From a virus, in the IMG/VR virus record IMGVR_UViG_3300031251_000011, positions 1 through 64,000 of that record: a stretch of 64,000 nt of DNA; one strand, given 5' to 3'. Below are positions 15,904 through 24,361 of this stretch, piece after piece. The notes below the pieces were generated by a model. The model made no database searches. It had not been told where the DNA came from and saw nothing but the letters and a program-made list of their open reading frames with translations. Within the stretch, counting starts at the first letter, position 1; the number at the start of each line of letters is the position of its first letter. A program made the translations under genes and the position numbers.

Positions 15904-16934
15904 GTTCGCAGCAGGCCCTCAACGACGCCGAGCTGAAGGTCATCGAGAAGGTCAAGAAGATACTCGACCTGGCCGCCCGCAACCCGAACGAGCACGAGGC
16001 AGCCTCAGCGCGGGACAAGGCGGCGCAGATGATGGCGCAGCACAACCTCGACGTCGCGACCGTAGAGGCCAACACAGGCCTGGTCGGCAAGCGCGAGGAG
16101 GCGCTCGTCGACGGGGGCTTCTACTCGTACCAGCGCGACCTCTGGAACTCCGTCGCCGAGCTTCACTTCTGCAGCTACTGGAACCAGAAGTACCTGACGA
16201 AGGACTACGTCTCGCAGACCCACAAGGAGCGCGGCGTGTACCTCGGCATGAAGAAGGTCCGCGTCATGCGCAGGCGGCACGCGCTGATCGGGAGGGTGGT
16301 CAACGCCAGGGCGACGCAGGCGATGGCCGGCTACCTGCAGGAGGCGATCGAGAGGTCGCTGCGGGAGAGGCTGGCAGGCGACGCCGATGTGAGCCACCTC
16401 AACGCGGCCAGCAACTGGGCCCACTCCTTCCGGAAGGGCGCGGCCGCAAGGCTGACGCTCAAGCTGATGGAGCGTCGCGACGAGAAGCTGGCGGAGGAGG
16501 CGGCCGAGGAGGAGCGGCGCGCGAGGCAGGCGAGCGGCGTGTCGACCGGGACAGGCGTCACGCTGGCCACGTACTCCAAGTCGGAGGAGCAGGCGAACTA
16601 CGACTACAAGCACGGCGACGGCTCTTGGCAGCGGCGCGCCGATCGCCGGGCCAGGTACGCGAGGGAGATGGCCGAGGAGCTTGCCGCTGAAGCTCAGTGG
16701 GCCAAGGACAACCCGGAGGAGGCGCGCAAGCAGCAGGAGGAGTGGGACAAGAAGGAGGCCAAGAACTCCGCGCGCCGGAAGGGCCGGCGGTTCACGGGCT
16801 GGCGCAAGGACGGCACCGACCTCGGGGCCTACTACGCGGGGAGCGACGCCGCGGGCAAGATAGGCATAGACCCGCAGGCGGGAGACAGGGGGAAGACGGC
16901 GAGGCTGGCGGGCGGAAAGGACATACACCTATGA
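15900..16934 (+). CDS. DUF2786 domain protein
   Basis: IEKVKKILDLA..NPNEHEAASARDKAAQMMAQHNL; later SFRKG and AYYAG..A motifs. Confidence 0.8.
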   Translation: MSSQQALNDAELKVIEKVKKILDLAARNPNEHEAASARDKAAQMMAQHNLDVATVEANTGLVGKREEALVDGGFYSYQRDLWNSVAELHFCSYWNQKYLTKDYVSQTHKERGVYLGMKKVRVMRRRHALIGRVVNARATQAMAGYLQEAIERSLRERLAGDADVSHLNAASNWAHSFRKGAAARLTLKLMERRDEKLAEEAAEEERRARQASGVSTGTGVTLATYSKSEEQANYDYKHGDGSWQRRADRRARYAREMAEELAAEAQWAKDNPEEARKQQEEWDKKEAKNSARRKGRRFTGWRKDGTDLGAYYAGSDAAGKIGIDPQAGDRGKTARLAGGKDIHL

Positions 16935-17020
16935 GCGCCGGCTCCGAGTTCATCCTGGCGGCGCTGTTCGTGGCGCCCTCCCCCTGGCTCTGCATCACTG
17001 TCGTCGGGTGGTTCCTGTGA
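16931..17020 (+). CDS. Very small membrane peptide
   Basis: MSAGSEFILAALFVAPSPWLCITVVGWFL*; 4-nt overlaps on both sides. Confidence 0.45.
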   Translation: MSAGSEFILAALFVAPSPWLCITVVGWFL

Positions 17021-17232
17021 GGATCACCCTGGCCGACGGGACCTCCCGCGAGGTCTCAATCCGTGACGGCTACACCGGCCCCAAGGCTGAAGCCGTTACC
17101 CTGACCAAGGCGGACGTTGACGCGTTCCGGCGACTAGCTAACTCAGCGCCGGTTCTTTTCAACATTCGCATGCGCGAGCTGGCGAGCCGGTTCGTGCAGG
17201 GCGGCGACGTGATGGAGGTGAGGAATGGCTAA
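17017..17232 (+). CDS. Hypothetical protein
   Basis: GTG start overlapping upstream stop. Confidence 0.55.
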   Translation: MRITLADGTSREVSIRDGYTGPKAEAVTLTKADVDAFRRLANSAPVLFNIRMRELASRFVQGGDVMEVRNG

Positions 17233-17428
17233 CCTGGCGGAACTGTTTGACGACCAATCGCTGAAGACCGACGTGCCGTACTTCATCGTCACCTTGGCGA
17301 TGACGCGAGCGATCCCGAAGCTGGGGCCGTACCCGAGGTGGGGAACCTCGGAGAAGAACGCCTGGAACACCGCGTTCGCGGGTATGCTGAAAGAGATCGA
17401 AGGAGAGGACCTGGTGATAAATGCCTGA
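17225..17428 (+). CDS. Hypothetical protein
   Basis: GGAGG RBS; overlapping chain of ORFs. Confidence 0.65.
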   Translation: MANLAELFDDQSLKTDVPYFIVTLAMTRAIPKLGPYPRWGTSEKNAWNTAFAGMLKEIEGEDLVINA

Positions 17429-17651
17429 CCTCTGCAAGGGCTGTGGCCTGCCCGTGAAGGACGGCGATGTTCGCTACGTTGCCTCCGAACATCGCGGCGA
17501 GTTCTGGCACTGGAACTGCCACAAGAAGGCTATCGACCTGAAAGGGCCACTTGCCAGGATCAGGCAGCTCAGCGACGAGGCGAGAGCTGTGATGCAGGAC
17601 ATCGAGCGCAAGACGACGATCAGACCGAGAGGACCCAATGGTAAGCGTTAA
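17421..17651 (+). CDS. Small putative Zn-finger protein
   Basis: CKGC...WHWNC. Confidence 0.65.
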   Translation: MPDLCKGCGLPVKDGDVRYVASEHRGEFWHWNCHKKAIDLKGPLARIRQLSDEARAVMQDIERKTTIRPRGPNGKR

Positions 17652-18573
17652 GGACATGGACGAGCAGGGCGCCACCGGGACGTTCATCAACTACTCCGGC
17701 CGCTCCTTCAACAAGCCGCAGATGGCTCGCATCGAGACGATCAACGTGATCCTCGCGGAGTACGGCCGCGCGCTGACCGTGAGGCAGCTCTACTACCAGC
17801 ACGTCGCGCGGGGCCTGATCCCGAACGAGCAGCGCGAGTACGGGCGCCTCGAACACCTGCTCGGCGAGGCTCGCCTGGCGGGCCTGGTCTCGTGGACTGC
17901 CATCGAGGACCGCGGCCGCAACCTGATGGGGCACCGCACGTACGACGGGCCGACGCAGGCGATCAAGGAGGTTCGCGCCGAATACAAGCGCGACCTCTGG
18001 GCCTCGCAGCCGATCAGGCTTGAGACCTGGTGCGAGAAGCAGGCGCTTGAGGGCGTCGTCGGCGAGATTTGCAACGAGGAGCGCGTTGACTTCTTCAGCA
18101 CCAAGGGCTACAACTCATTGTCTGAGATGTGGCGCGCCGGGCAGCGCTTCGCGAACTACTACAGGAAAGGCCAGCGGCCGGTGGTTTTGCATTTAGGAGA
18201 CCACGACCCCGCGGGCATCGACATGACGAGGGATTTGAAAGAGAAGCTCGCGATGTTCGCCGGCACCGAGGTCACGGTCATCCGCATCGGCCTCAACATG
18301 GACCAGGTCGAGCGCCTCAACCCGCCGCCGCAGCCGGCGAAGGAGAGCGACAGCAAGACGCCGGCCTACGTGGCCGAGTACGGCGAGGACTGCTGGGAGC
18401 TTGACGCGCTGCCGCCCGACCAATTGCAAGCCGTGATTAAAGACGAGGTCACGAAGTGGCGCGAGCCGAAGCTGTGGGACGCGGCGCTGAAGGAGGAGGC
18501 CGAGGACAAGAACGAGCTGGACGCGATCATCGAGGAGCTGGGCGGAACCGCTGAACCTGAAATGGAGATGTAG
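17638..18573 (+). CDS. Topoisomerase VI-A/Spo11-like wHTH-TOPRIM protein
   Basis: LTVRQLYY, IEDRGR, WCEKQAL, KGYNS, LGDHDPAGIDM, WELDAL. Confidence 0.78.
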   Translation: MVSVKDMDEQGATGTFINYSGRSFNKPQMARIETINVILAEYGRALTVRQLYYQHVARGLIPNEQREYGRLEHLLGEARLAGLVSWTAIEDRGRNLMGHRTYDGPTQAIKEVRAEYKRDLWASQPIRLETWCEKQALEGVVGEICNEERVDFFSTKGYNSLSEMWRAGQRFANYYRKGQRPVVLHLGDHDPAGIDMTRDLKEKLAMFAGTEVTVIRIGLNMDQVERLNPPPQPAKESDSKTPAYVAEYGEDCWELDALPPDQLQAVIKDEVTKWREPKLWDAALKEEAEDKNELDAIIEELGGTAEPEMEM

Positions 18574-18575
18574 AG

Positions 18576-18779
18576 ATGAGCGACACGAAGCTGGACCAGG
18601 CGCAACTGGACTGCGCGTTGGACAGAGCCAACGGGTTGGTGGTCGGAGACTCAATGGAGTCGGGCTACTCCGCCGATGTATTCATGGCGTGTGCCATGCT
18701 GAACGCGAGGAGGGCTCTGGTCAAGCGCGGCGTCCCACTGAAGGACCTTGACGGCCTGATGCGGGGCGACGAAACGTAG
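18576..18779 (+). CDS. Hypothetical protein
   Basis: 67-aa ORF immediately after the TOPRIM gene. Confidence 0.55.
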   Translation: MSDTKLDQAQLDCALDRANGLVVGDSMESGYSADVFMACAMLNARRALVKRGVPLKDLDGLMRGDET

Positions 18780-18801
18780 AGTTCACTGGCTTTCTGAGCT
18801 G

Positions 18802-18831
18802 TTTACCCTTGCCCACACCCTGGGCTATACT
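18802..18831 (+). promoter_or_regulatory. Sigma70-like early promoter
   Basis: TTTACC-N18-TATACT; context CTGTTTAC shared with the promoter at 13260. Confidence 0.7.
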
Positions 18832-18842
18832 AAACCCGCCCG

Positions 18843-18864
18843 CCGGAAGCCGACACGGAACCGG
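18843..18864 (+). promoter_or_regulatory. Leader motif AGCCGACACGGA, copy 3
   Basis: 12-mer at 18848-18859 closed by CCGG/CCGG. Confidence 0.6.
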
Positions 18865-18887
18865 GGGCCTAATGAGGAGAATGATTT

Positions 18888-19319
18888 ATGCCAGCGCTTG
18901 GATTACTAGATTTACGGCTCATCGTTCGTGACAGCCTGAGGAACGCCATCGACAACGGGAACGCTGAGCTGAAGACGATGGACCCTACTAAGGTCGTTGA
19001 GGACCTTCTGACCTGCGACGCGGACCTCGAAGGCGCGAGCCCCGACGCGGTTGTCGCGATGGGCATCATCGTCAAGGAATGGCAGACCGAGAAGGTCCAG
19101 TATGTCTGCGACGAGGCTCGCCATCTAATCTGCGTTCCGTACTCGGCGCACTTCATGCACGAGATGGCCGCGGAGCTTGGCGTCAAGCGCGGCTGGTTCC
19201 ATCCCGGCGACAAGGCCCACTACGACATACCGAAGAGCCGCGTCGCCGACGTGACCAAGCTCTGCCACGTCGTCTCGTCCAAGCTCATTGTTAAGATCAC
19301 TTCTGGAGCAGCCCTGTGA
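18888..19319 (+). CDS. DUF4031-like domain protein
   Basis: C-terminal HL...MHEMAAELGVKRGWFH...HYDI. Confidence 0.7.
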   Translation: MPALGLLDLRLIVRDSLRNAIDNGNAELKTMDPTKVVEDLLTCDADLEGASPDAVVAMGIIVKEWQTEKVQYVCDEARHLICVPYSAHFMHEMAAELGVKRGWFHPGDKAHYDIPKSRVADVTKLCHVVSSKLIVKITSGAAL

Positions 19320-20914
19320 ACGCCGTCCTCCCCCTGTCCTCCGTGACTAAGCCCCGCCCCTTCGTTCCCTCCGAGATGCAGACCAGCTTCTTCAGCTGGG
19401 TGTCAGGGGGAAGGGGCTGCGCGATCCTTGAGGCCGTCGCCGGCTCCGGAAAGTCGACGACCATCGTGCGGGCGCTGACCTTCATCCCGGAGTGGGTGCC
19501 CGTCCTGATCCTCGCCTTCAACGCGGCGATCGTCACGGAGATGAAGGAGAAAGTGGCGGCGCTCGGCAAGGAGCTGGGTCGCGACTTCCGCAACGTCCGG
19601 GTCAGCACCTTCCACTCGCTCGGCTTCGGCGCCTTGAAGAAGTTATTCAACTGCGACCATCGGGCCATCAAGACCGACCCCAACAAGCTCCTCACGCTCG
19701 CGGAGCAACTGTGGAGCGCCGAAACCGTCGAGCTGTACGGCTCGTTCGTCTGCGACCTCGTCAGCCTTGCGAAGGGTGAGGGCATCGGGACGGGCCTGTG
19801 CCACGACGAGACGCGGGAGTGGACACGGCTCATCGAACACCACGACCTCACGCACTCCAGCTACGACGCCGACGACGAGACGGCCATCCGCCTCGCGCGC
19901 GAGCTGCTCAGCCACTCCACGACCGTGGCGAAGGACAAGCGCTGGATCGACTACGACGACATGCTGTATCTCCCGCTCAAGTGGAGGCTCAAGCACTTCG
20001 GGCAGGGCTGGGTGTTCATCGACGAGGCGCAGGACACCAACCCGGCTCGCAGAGCCATGGCCCGCGGCGCGCTGAAGGTCGGCGGCAGGCTCTGCGCCGT
20101 CGGCGACCGACGTCAGGCCATCTACGGCTTCACGGGAGCGAGCCACGACGCGCTCGATCTGATCGCGCAGGACTTCAACGCCACCAGGATGCCTCTGACG
20201 GTCTCCTACAGGTGCCCGCAGGCCGCGCTTGAGGCGGTCGGCCACCTCGCGCCGGAGTTCAGCGTACACGCGAGCGCCCCGCGCGGCTCCTACCGGAGGT
20301 ACGTCACGTTGGACGACGCGCTCAAGGTCCTGAAGCCGACGGACGCGGTCGTGTGCCGGAACGTGGCCCCGCTCGTGACGCTGGCCTACGGCCTGATGCG
20401 TCGCAGGGTCGCCTGCCGCATCCTGGGCCGCGAGATCGGCGCGGGCCTGGTCAAGCTCGTGAAGTCGATGCGGGCGAAGACGCTGGACGCCATGCTTGAG
20501 AAGCTGGAGGCGTGGCGCGAGCGTGAGACGGCCAAGTTCCTGGCGCAGAAGAAGGAGCAGAAGGCCGACGCGGTCGACGACCGGGTGAACTGCGTCCTTG
20601 AGTTCGTGTCACAGCTCGATGAGAACTCGCGGACGGTGCCGAAGCTGATCGCGGCGATCGAGGCCACCTTCTCGAACGAGGACGGCTCGCCGCGGCTCAC
20701 TCTCATGTCCTGTCACAAGGCGAAGGGGCTGGAGTTCGAGAGCGTGGCCCTGCTGCGGTCCGACCTGATGCCCTCGCCCTGGGCGCGCCAGGAGTGGCAG
20801 CAGGAGCAGGAGCGCAACCTGGAGTACGTCGCCGGGACGCGGTTCAAGCTCAACATGATGGTGCTGAGCGACGACGGGTCGGAGAAGAAGGTCAAGAAAG
20901 AGGGCGGGCAGTGA
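19316..20914 (+). CDS. Superfamily 1 (UvrD/Rep-type) helicase
   Basis: AVAGSGKST, LAFN, TFHSLG, DYDDML, IDEAQD, VGDRRQAIYGF, SYRC, HKAKGLEF, NLEYVAGTR. Confidence 0.95.
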   Translation: MNAVLPLSSVTKPRPFVPSEMQTSFFSWVSGGRGCAILEAVAGSGKSTTIVRALTFIPEWVPVLILAFNAAIVTEMKEKVAALGKELGRDFRNVRVSTFHSLGFGALKKLFNCDHRAIKTDPNKLLTLAEQLWSAETVELYGSFVCDLVSLAKGEGIGTGLCHDETREWTRLIEHHDLTHSSYDADDETAIRLARELLSHSTTVAKDKRWIDYDDMLYLPLKWRLKHFGQGWVFIDEAQDTNPARRAMARGALKVGGRLCAVGDRRQAIYGFTGASHDALDLIAQDFNATRMPLTVSYRCPQAALEAVGHLAPEFSVHASAPRGSYRRYVTLDDALKVLKPTDAVVCRNVAPLVTLAYGLMRRRVACRILGREIGAGLVKLVKSMRAKTLDAMLEKLEAWRERETAKFLAQKKEQKADAVDDRVNCVLEFVSQLDENSRTVPKLIAAIEATFSNEDGSPRLTLMSCHKAKGLEFESVALLRSDLMPSPWARQEWQQEQERNLEYVAGTRFKLNMMVLSDDGSEKKVKKEGGQ

Positions 20915-21132
20915 GTGCGCCTAAGGTCTACGTCATCATGGGCAACGACTACCCCAAGGCCGTGTGTGTCAGCGAGGAGGCCGCGGAGGCCCGGATGACG
21001 GAGCTGCGCGCGGAGGCTGAAAAACACTGGCAGCAGAGCCACGTCGGAAGAAAGCTGGCGGCGCCCTACAAGGGCTCCGGTCAGGTCTACTACCGGGCAT
21101 ACGAGTTTGAACTTCAAAGCGAGGAGAAGTAG
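20911..21132 (+). CDS. Hypothetical protein
   Basis: GTG start, KVYVI...AV..SEEAAE pattern common in small phage proteins. Confidence 0.7.
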   Translation: MSAPKVYVIMGNDYPKAVCVSEEAAEARMTELRAEAEKHWQQSHVGRKLAAPYKGSGQVYYRAYEFELQSEEK

Positions 21133-21134
21133 TC

Positions 21135-21626
21135 ATGGCAAAGAGGCAGAAGAGAGTACCAGTCCAGCGTTCATCGTCAATCGACGGCGCCGTGTCCGAC
21201 GGCCTGTCGGAGGTCCAGGAGCTGAAGCAGGAGATGGAGGACTGGGCCTCCAACATGGAGAGCAGCAACATGGAGCACCTCCCGAAGTACGAGGAGGTGA
21301 ACGAGTGCAAGGAGACGCTGGAGGAGCACGCGGACAGCGAGCCCACCATCCCCGACGCGTTTCCGGAAGGGCTGGAGGACAAGGTTGACTGGCAGGAACC
21401 GATGGCGAAGCGCGCCGGCCACATCAGCCGTGCGCTCCGCCTCGACCAGGCGCTCGCAGGTGTCTCCGCGGCGAAGGATCACGTGCAGGGCTTTCTCGAC
21501 GAGCACGACGATGACGATGCCTGCTGGACCGAGGACTGCGAGCGCTCGGAGTGGGAGAACTACCTCAGCGAGCTGGAGACGATCGTCGACGGCCTCGAAG
21601 GCGTCAGCTTCCCGGGGATGTACTGA
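21135..21626 (+). CDS. Acidic helical hypothetical protein
   Basis: GAGGAG RBS; 163 aa rich in E/D. Confidence 0.8.
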   Translation: MAKRQKRVPVQRSSSIDGAVSDGLSEVQELKQEMEDWASNMESSNMEHLPKYEEVNECKETLEEHADSEPTIPDAFPEGLEDKVDWQEPMAKRAGHISRALRLDQALAGVSAAKDHVQGFLDEHDDDDACWTEDCERSEWENYLSELETIVDGLEGVSFPGMY

Positions 21627-22360
21627 TGGACGCAGGACCGATCCCCGCCTTCCTCCTCCGGGCGCCGAGCCCGGAGGCGAGGGCGCGGGCCGACGAGATC
21701 GTCAGGCAGACCACCGAAGGCAAGCGCGGCTGGGCTCCCATGCGGAGCCTGGAGGAGATCAGGGCGAGCGAGCGGACGATTGAAGCTGTCAAGCAGAGCG
21801 AGAGGAGAGCGGAGGAGATGGCCAAGTACAACCAGCTGATAAAGAACAGGGCGGCGCCTGTGGAGCTGCTACGCTACCCGACCGAGGGCGGCCCGGGCGC
21901 CGACCCGGTGTTCGTCCGCAACTTCGCGGACATGGACGAGTTCGAGAGGTTCTACCGCGGGCCGCCGGTCCACCGTGACCTCGGCGTCACCTGCACGGCG
22001 GAGACGACCACGATCCTGCTCGACATAGCGGGCAACCCGAACCTGGTGCCGAAGTCCGCTCCTCTGTCCTCCGGGGAGAAGGTCGTGAAAGTTCCGCGCG
22101 CCGTCGGCCCCAAGGCCAAGGGCAAGTGGTACATCGTCAACAGCCACGTCGGGATGATCCTGCGGGCGGAGGGCTTCCAGCAGAAGTCCAACGAGGACAG
22201 CGAGCCTCTCACGTTCGTGCGCGGCGACGATGTCTGCGTGATCCCGGAGCCGGCGGCCGACAAGAAGTCGTCCAGCAAGTGGGAGGCGACCGTGAAGGGC
22301 AAGCTCACGGCAGGCTTCGGCGTCGCGATCTTCGAGGACGTGCTGAGGGGGAAGAAGTGA
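21626..22360 (+). CDS. Hypothetical protein sharing a C-terminal domain with the ART; N-terminal IPAFL motif
   Basis: TGATG coupling; YIVNSHVG...PAADKKSSS.W...G.GVAI matches the ART segment at 550-756. Confidence 0.8.
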   Translation: MDAGPIPAFLLRAPSPEARARADEIVRQTTEGKRGWAPMRSLEEIRASERTIEAVKQSERRAEEMAKYNQLIKNRAAPVELLRYPTEGGPGADPVFVRNFADMDEFERFYRGPPVHRDLGVTCTAETTTILLDIAGNPNLVPKSAPLSSGEKVVKVPRAVGPKAKGKWYIVNSHVGMILRAEGFQQKSNEDSEPLTFVRGDDVCVIPEPAADKKSSSKWEATVKGKLTAGFGVAIFEDVLRGKK

Positions 22361-22452
22361 TGGCCCGCGTCCTGATAGTCTCCGGCATCGCGGTCGGGCT
22401 TCTCATGATCTACGCGCAGCTGTACTGCGGCTTCACGGGAAAGTGCTTCTGA
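22360..22452 (+). CDS. Very small membrane peptide
   Basis: MARVLIVSGIAVGLLMIYAQLYCGFTGKCF*; TGATG coupling. Confidence 0.5.
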   Translation: MARVLIVSGIAVGLLMIYAQLYCGFTGKCF

Positions 22453-22556
22453 TGCGCTGGCTCGGTGTTGCTCTGGTAGGCCTGGCGCTCTTCATGTGGG
22501 CGGCGCCGCGGTCGAAGGTAGAGGTCCCGCCGTTCAAGATGGAGGCTAGGCGATGA
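22452..22556 (+). CDS. Very small membrane peptide (not in ORF track)
   Basis: MRWLGVALVGLALFMWAAPRSKVEVPPFKMEARR*; coupled at both ends. Confidence 0.5.
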   Translation: MRWLGVALVGLALFMWAAPRSKVEVPPFKMEARR

Positions 22557-22819
22557 AGCTGATGACAGACTCGCAGGCGCGGTCCACGCTGTGCCCGCTG
22601 AAGATGGCAGGCGCGAAGGCCTCACCGAGAGGGGTCCGCGTGAGCCGGAGCTGCGAGGGCGCGCGGTGCCAGCTCTGGACCAACGGCCCGGAGAGCGAGG
22701 AGACCGGGCGCTGCTCCTTCGCCATCAGCGCCATGTCCCTCTTCCTGGTCCCGGCGGCGATCGGCGACAGCGTCTTCAACGCCATCGGGGGCGCGGTCGC
22801 GACGGAGAGGAGCCGCTGA
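22553..22819 (+). CDS. Small Cys-rich protein
   Basis: LCP...CEGARCQLW...GRC pattern; GGAGG RBS. Confidence 0.7.
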   Translation: MKLMTDSQARSTLCPLKMAGAKASPRGVRVSRSCEGARCQLWTNGPESEETGRCSFAISAMSLFLVPAAIGDSVFNAIGGAVATERSR

Positions 22820-22980
22820 TGGCCTCCCCCTGCCCTCCCTGGTACGGCCGGAAGGCCCCGCCCTGGGCGGGCAGGGAGCCCGCCAGGCAGCCGCGGGGAC
22901 AGGGGGAGGGAGGGTTGCCCCTCCTCGCCGGGCTCCTCCTGGTGGCCCTGTTTCTGGCCCTTCCCGACCTCCTGAAATAA
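22819..22980 (+). CDS. Small protein with C-terminal hydrophobic segment
   Basis: TGATG coupling; last + strand gene before the convergence point. Confidence 0.45.
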   Translation: MASPCPPWYGRKAPPWAGREPARQPRGQGEGGLPLLAGLLLVALFLALPDLLK

Positions 22981-23086
22981 GCCCCGCCAGGCAGGCCTCT
23001 TGCGGGCGGGTCCTGCCCTAGCTGCCCCCTGCCCCGACCCCTCGCTTTGCCCAAAATTCCCGGGGTTTCCCTACCCCCAAACGACT

Positions 23087-23115
23087 AGGGCGCCCTCCGT
23101 TTCCGGGGGCGCCCT
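23087..23115 (-). terminator. Terminator-like hairpin at strand convergence
   Basis: AGGGCGCCC...GGGCGCCCT stem with GAAA-containing loop on the - strand; weak U-tract. Confidence 0.55.
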
Positions 23116-23223
23116 CATCAGGGTAGTTACCAAAGGTGAGCAGTCCTGTTCCGTCTACATGATCGGCCTCCGGGTCCTGTGAAGCTCTTTCGAGAACCTC
23201 ATCGGGTGCGGGGAGCCTACCAC

Positions 23224-23263
23224 AAACGGAAAGGGCCTGCCTCAGGTTTCCCCGAGGCAGGCC
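23224..23263 (-). terminator. Intrinsic terminator of the late operon
   Basis: GGGCCTGCCTC...GAGGCAGGCCC stem followed by TTTCCGTTT on the - strand. Confidence 0.7.
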
Positions 23264-23331
23264 CCCTTCCGGGAGGAGGTCAGACAGGCTGACCCTCGGC
23301 GGGTTGACGAGACCCGCGAGCTAGGAAGCGG

Positions 23332-23583
23332 TCAGGGCGCCGCCGGAGGTCCCGCCGCCACGAGAGCGTTGTGCGCCGCGACCGCGTCGGCGAACTGGGT
23401 CTCGTAGCCGGAGACCGTGGCGTCGAGCGACGCGAACGCCGCCGCGTCCGGCGCCTCGGGCGTCCCGAGGTTGGCGATGGCGTTGCGCAGACCCACGACG
23501 AGCGGGGCGACGTTCACGCCGATCTCGACGAGCTGCGGGATGTAGCTGGCGGCGAGCGCCAGGGCCGCGATGATGGCTGACAT
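23332..23583 (-). CDS. Lysis-cassette small membrane protein (possible spanin partner)
   Basis: Hydrophobic N-terminus; GGGAGG RBS; last gene of late operon. Confidence 0.6.
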   Translation of the reverse strand: MSAIIAALALAASYIPQLVEIGVNVAPLVVGLRNAIANLGTPEAPDAAAFASLDATVSGYETQFADAVAAHNALVAAGPPAAP

Positions 23584-23586
23584 GTT

Positions 23587-24027
23587 CTAGCCTCCCTGCT
23601 TGACGCCGTAGGTGACCATCGCCGTCTGGAACTCGGCGTACGCCGCCTTCAGGACGTCGATGCTGACGCTCAGATCGGACTGCGACGGGCTCGCCGACAG
23701 CGCGAGCGCCTCCGCCCTGTTGATCGCCGATGACAGCGTGGCCCGCGCCTTGTCGAGAGCGCTCACGCCCGCGTCGCTGGAGCACAGCGGGGCCGGCAGC
23801 GCCTTGGGGAACGAGCAGGGCGTCTGCGTGACGTACGCCTTGGCGAACGGCAGCGCGATCGCGTAGCCGCTCTTCACGGCGTAGACCGTGTTGCGGGCGT
23901 CGGCGATCGTCTGAGCCCCCACCGGGGTGGAGGCCGCTGAGCTGATGCTGCTCGCGGCCTTGAGGTACTCGCAGCCACCGAGCGCGAGCAGCGCCGAGCA
24001 GCCGATCAGCAGCAGAAGTCGTTTCAT
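23587..24027 (-). CDS. Lipoprotein, possible spanin
   Basis: MKRLLLLIGCSALLALGG-C lipobox; follows holin. Confidence 0.7.
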   Translation of the reverse strand: MKRLLLLIGCSALLALGGCEYLKAASSISSAASTPVGAQTIADARNTVYAVKSGYAIALPFAKAYVTQTPCSFPKALPAPLCSSDAGVSALDKARATLSSAINRAEALALSASPSQSDLSVSIDVLKAAYAEFQTAMVTYGVKQGG

Positions 24028-24039
24028 ATTTCAGCTCCT

Positions 24040-24348
24040 TCAGATTTTGTTGACGCTGGCGAGCGAGGGGCTCTTGTCCTCGGCCGCGGCCTGGGCGCCG
24101 GGCGAAGCCGACGCGGGCACGAGTATCTGGACGCCGGTGGCGGCCGCCTGCTGCAGGACGGCCTTGTCGCGCTTCTTCCACCAGCCGTAAGCCATGATGC
24201 CGAGCCCCGCTACGATCGGCCCGGCTTCGCTGCCGGCGTGGATGAGCGTGTTGGCGTTGTCCTGCGTCAGCTTCCCCGTGGACACGAGGTAGGTCAGGAC
24301 GATGAGAGCCAGCGAGCGCAGCTGGCTGTATACCTGCTCCTTGTTCAT
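24040..24348 (-). CDS. Putative holin
   Basis: MNKEQVYSQLRSLALIVLTYLV...GPIVAGLGIMAYGWWKKR, two hydrophobic segments, directly after endolysin. Confidence 0.7.
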   Translation of the reverse strand: MNKEQVYSQLRSLALIVLTYLVSTGKLTQDNANTLIHAGSEAGPIVAGLGIMAYGWWKKRDKAVLQQAAATGVQILVPASASPGAQAAAEDKSPSLASVNKI

Positions 24349-24361
24349 AGTGCCTCTCTTT

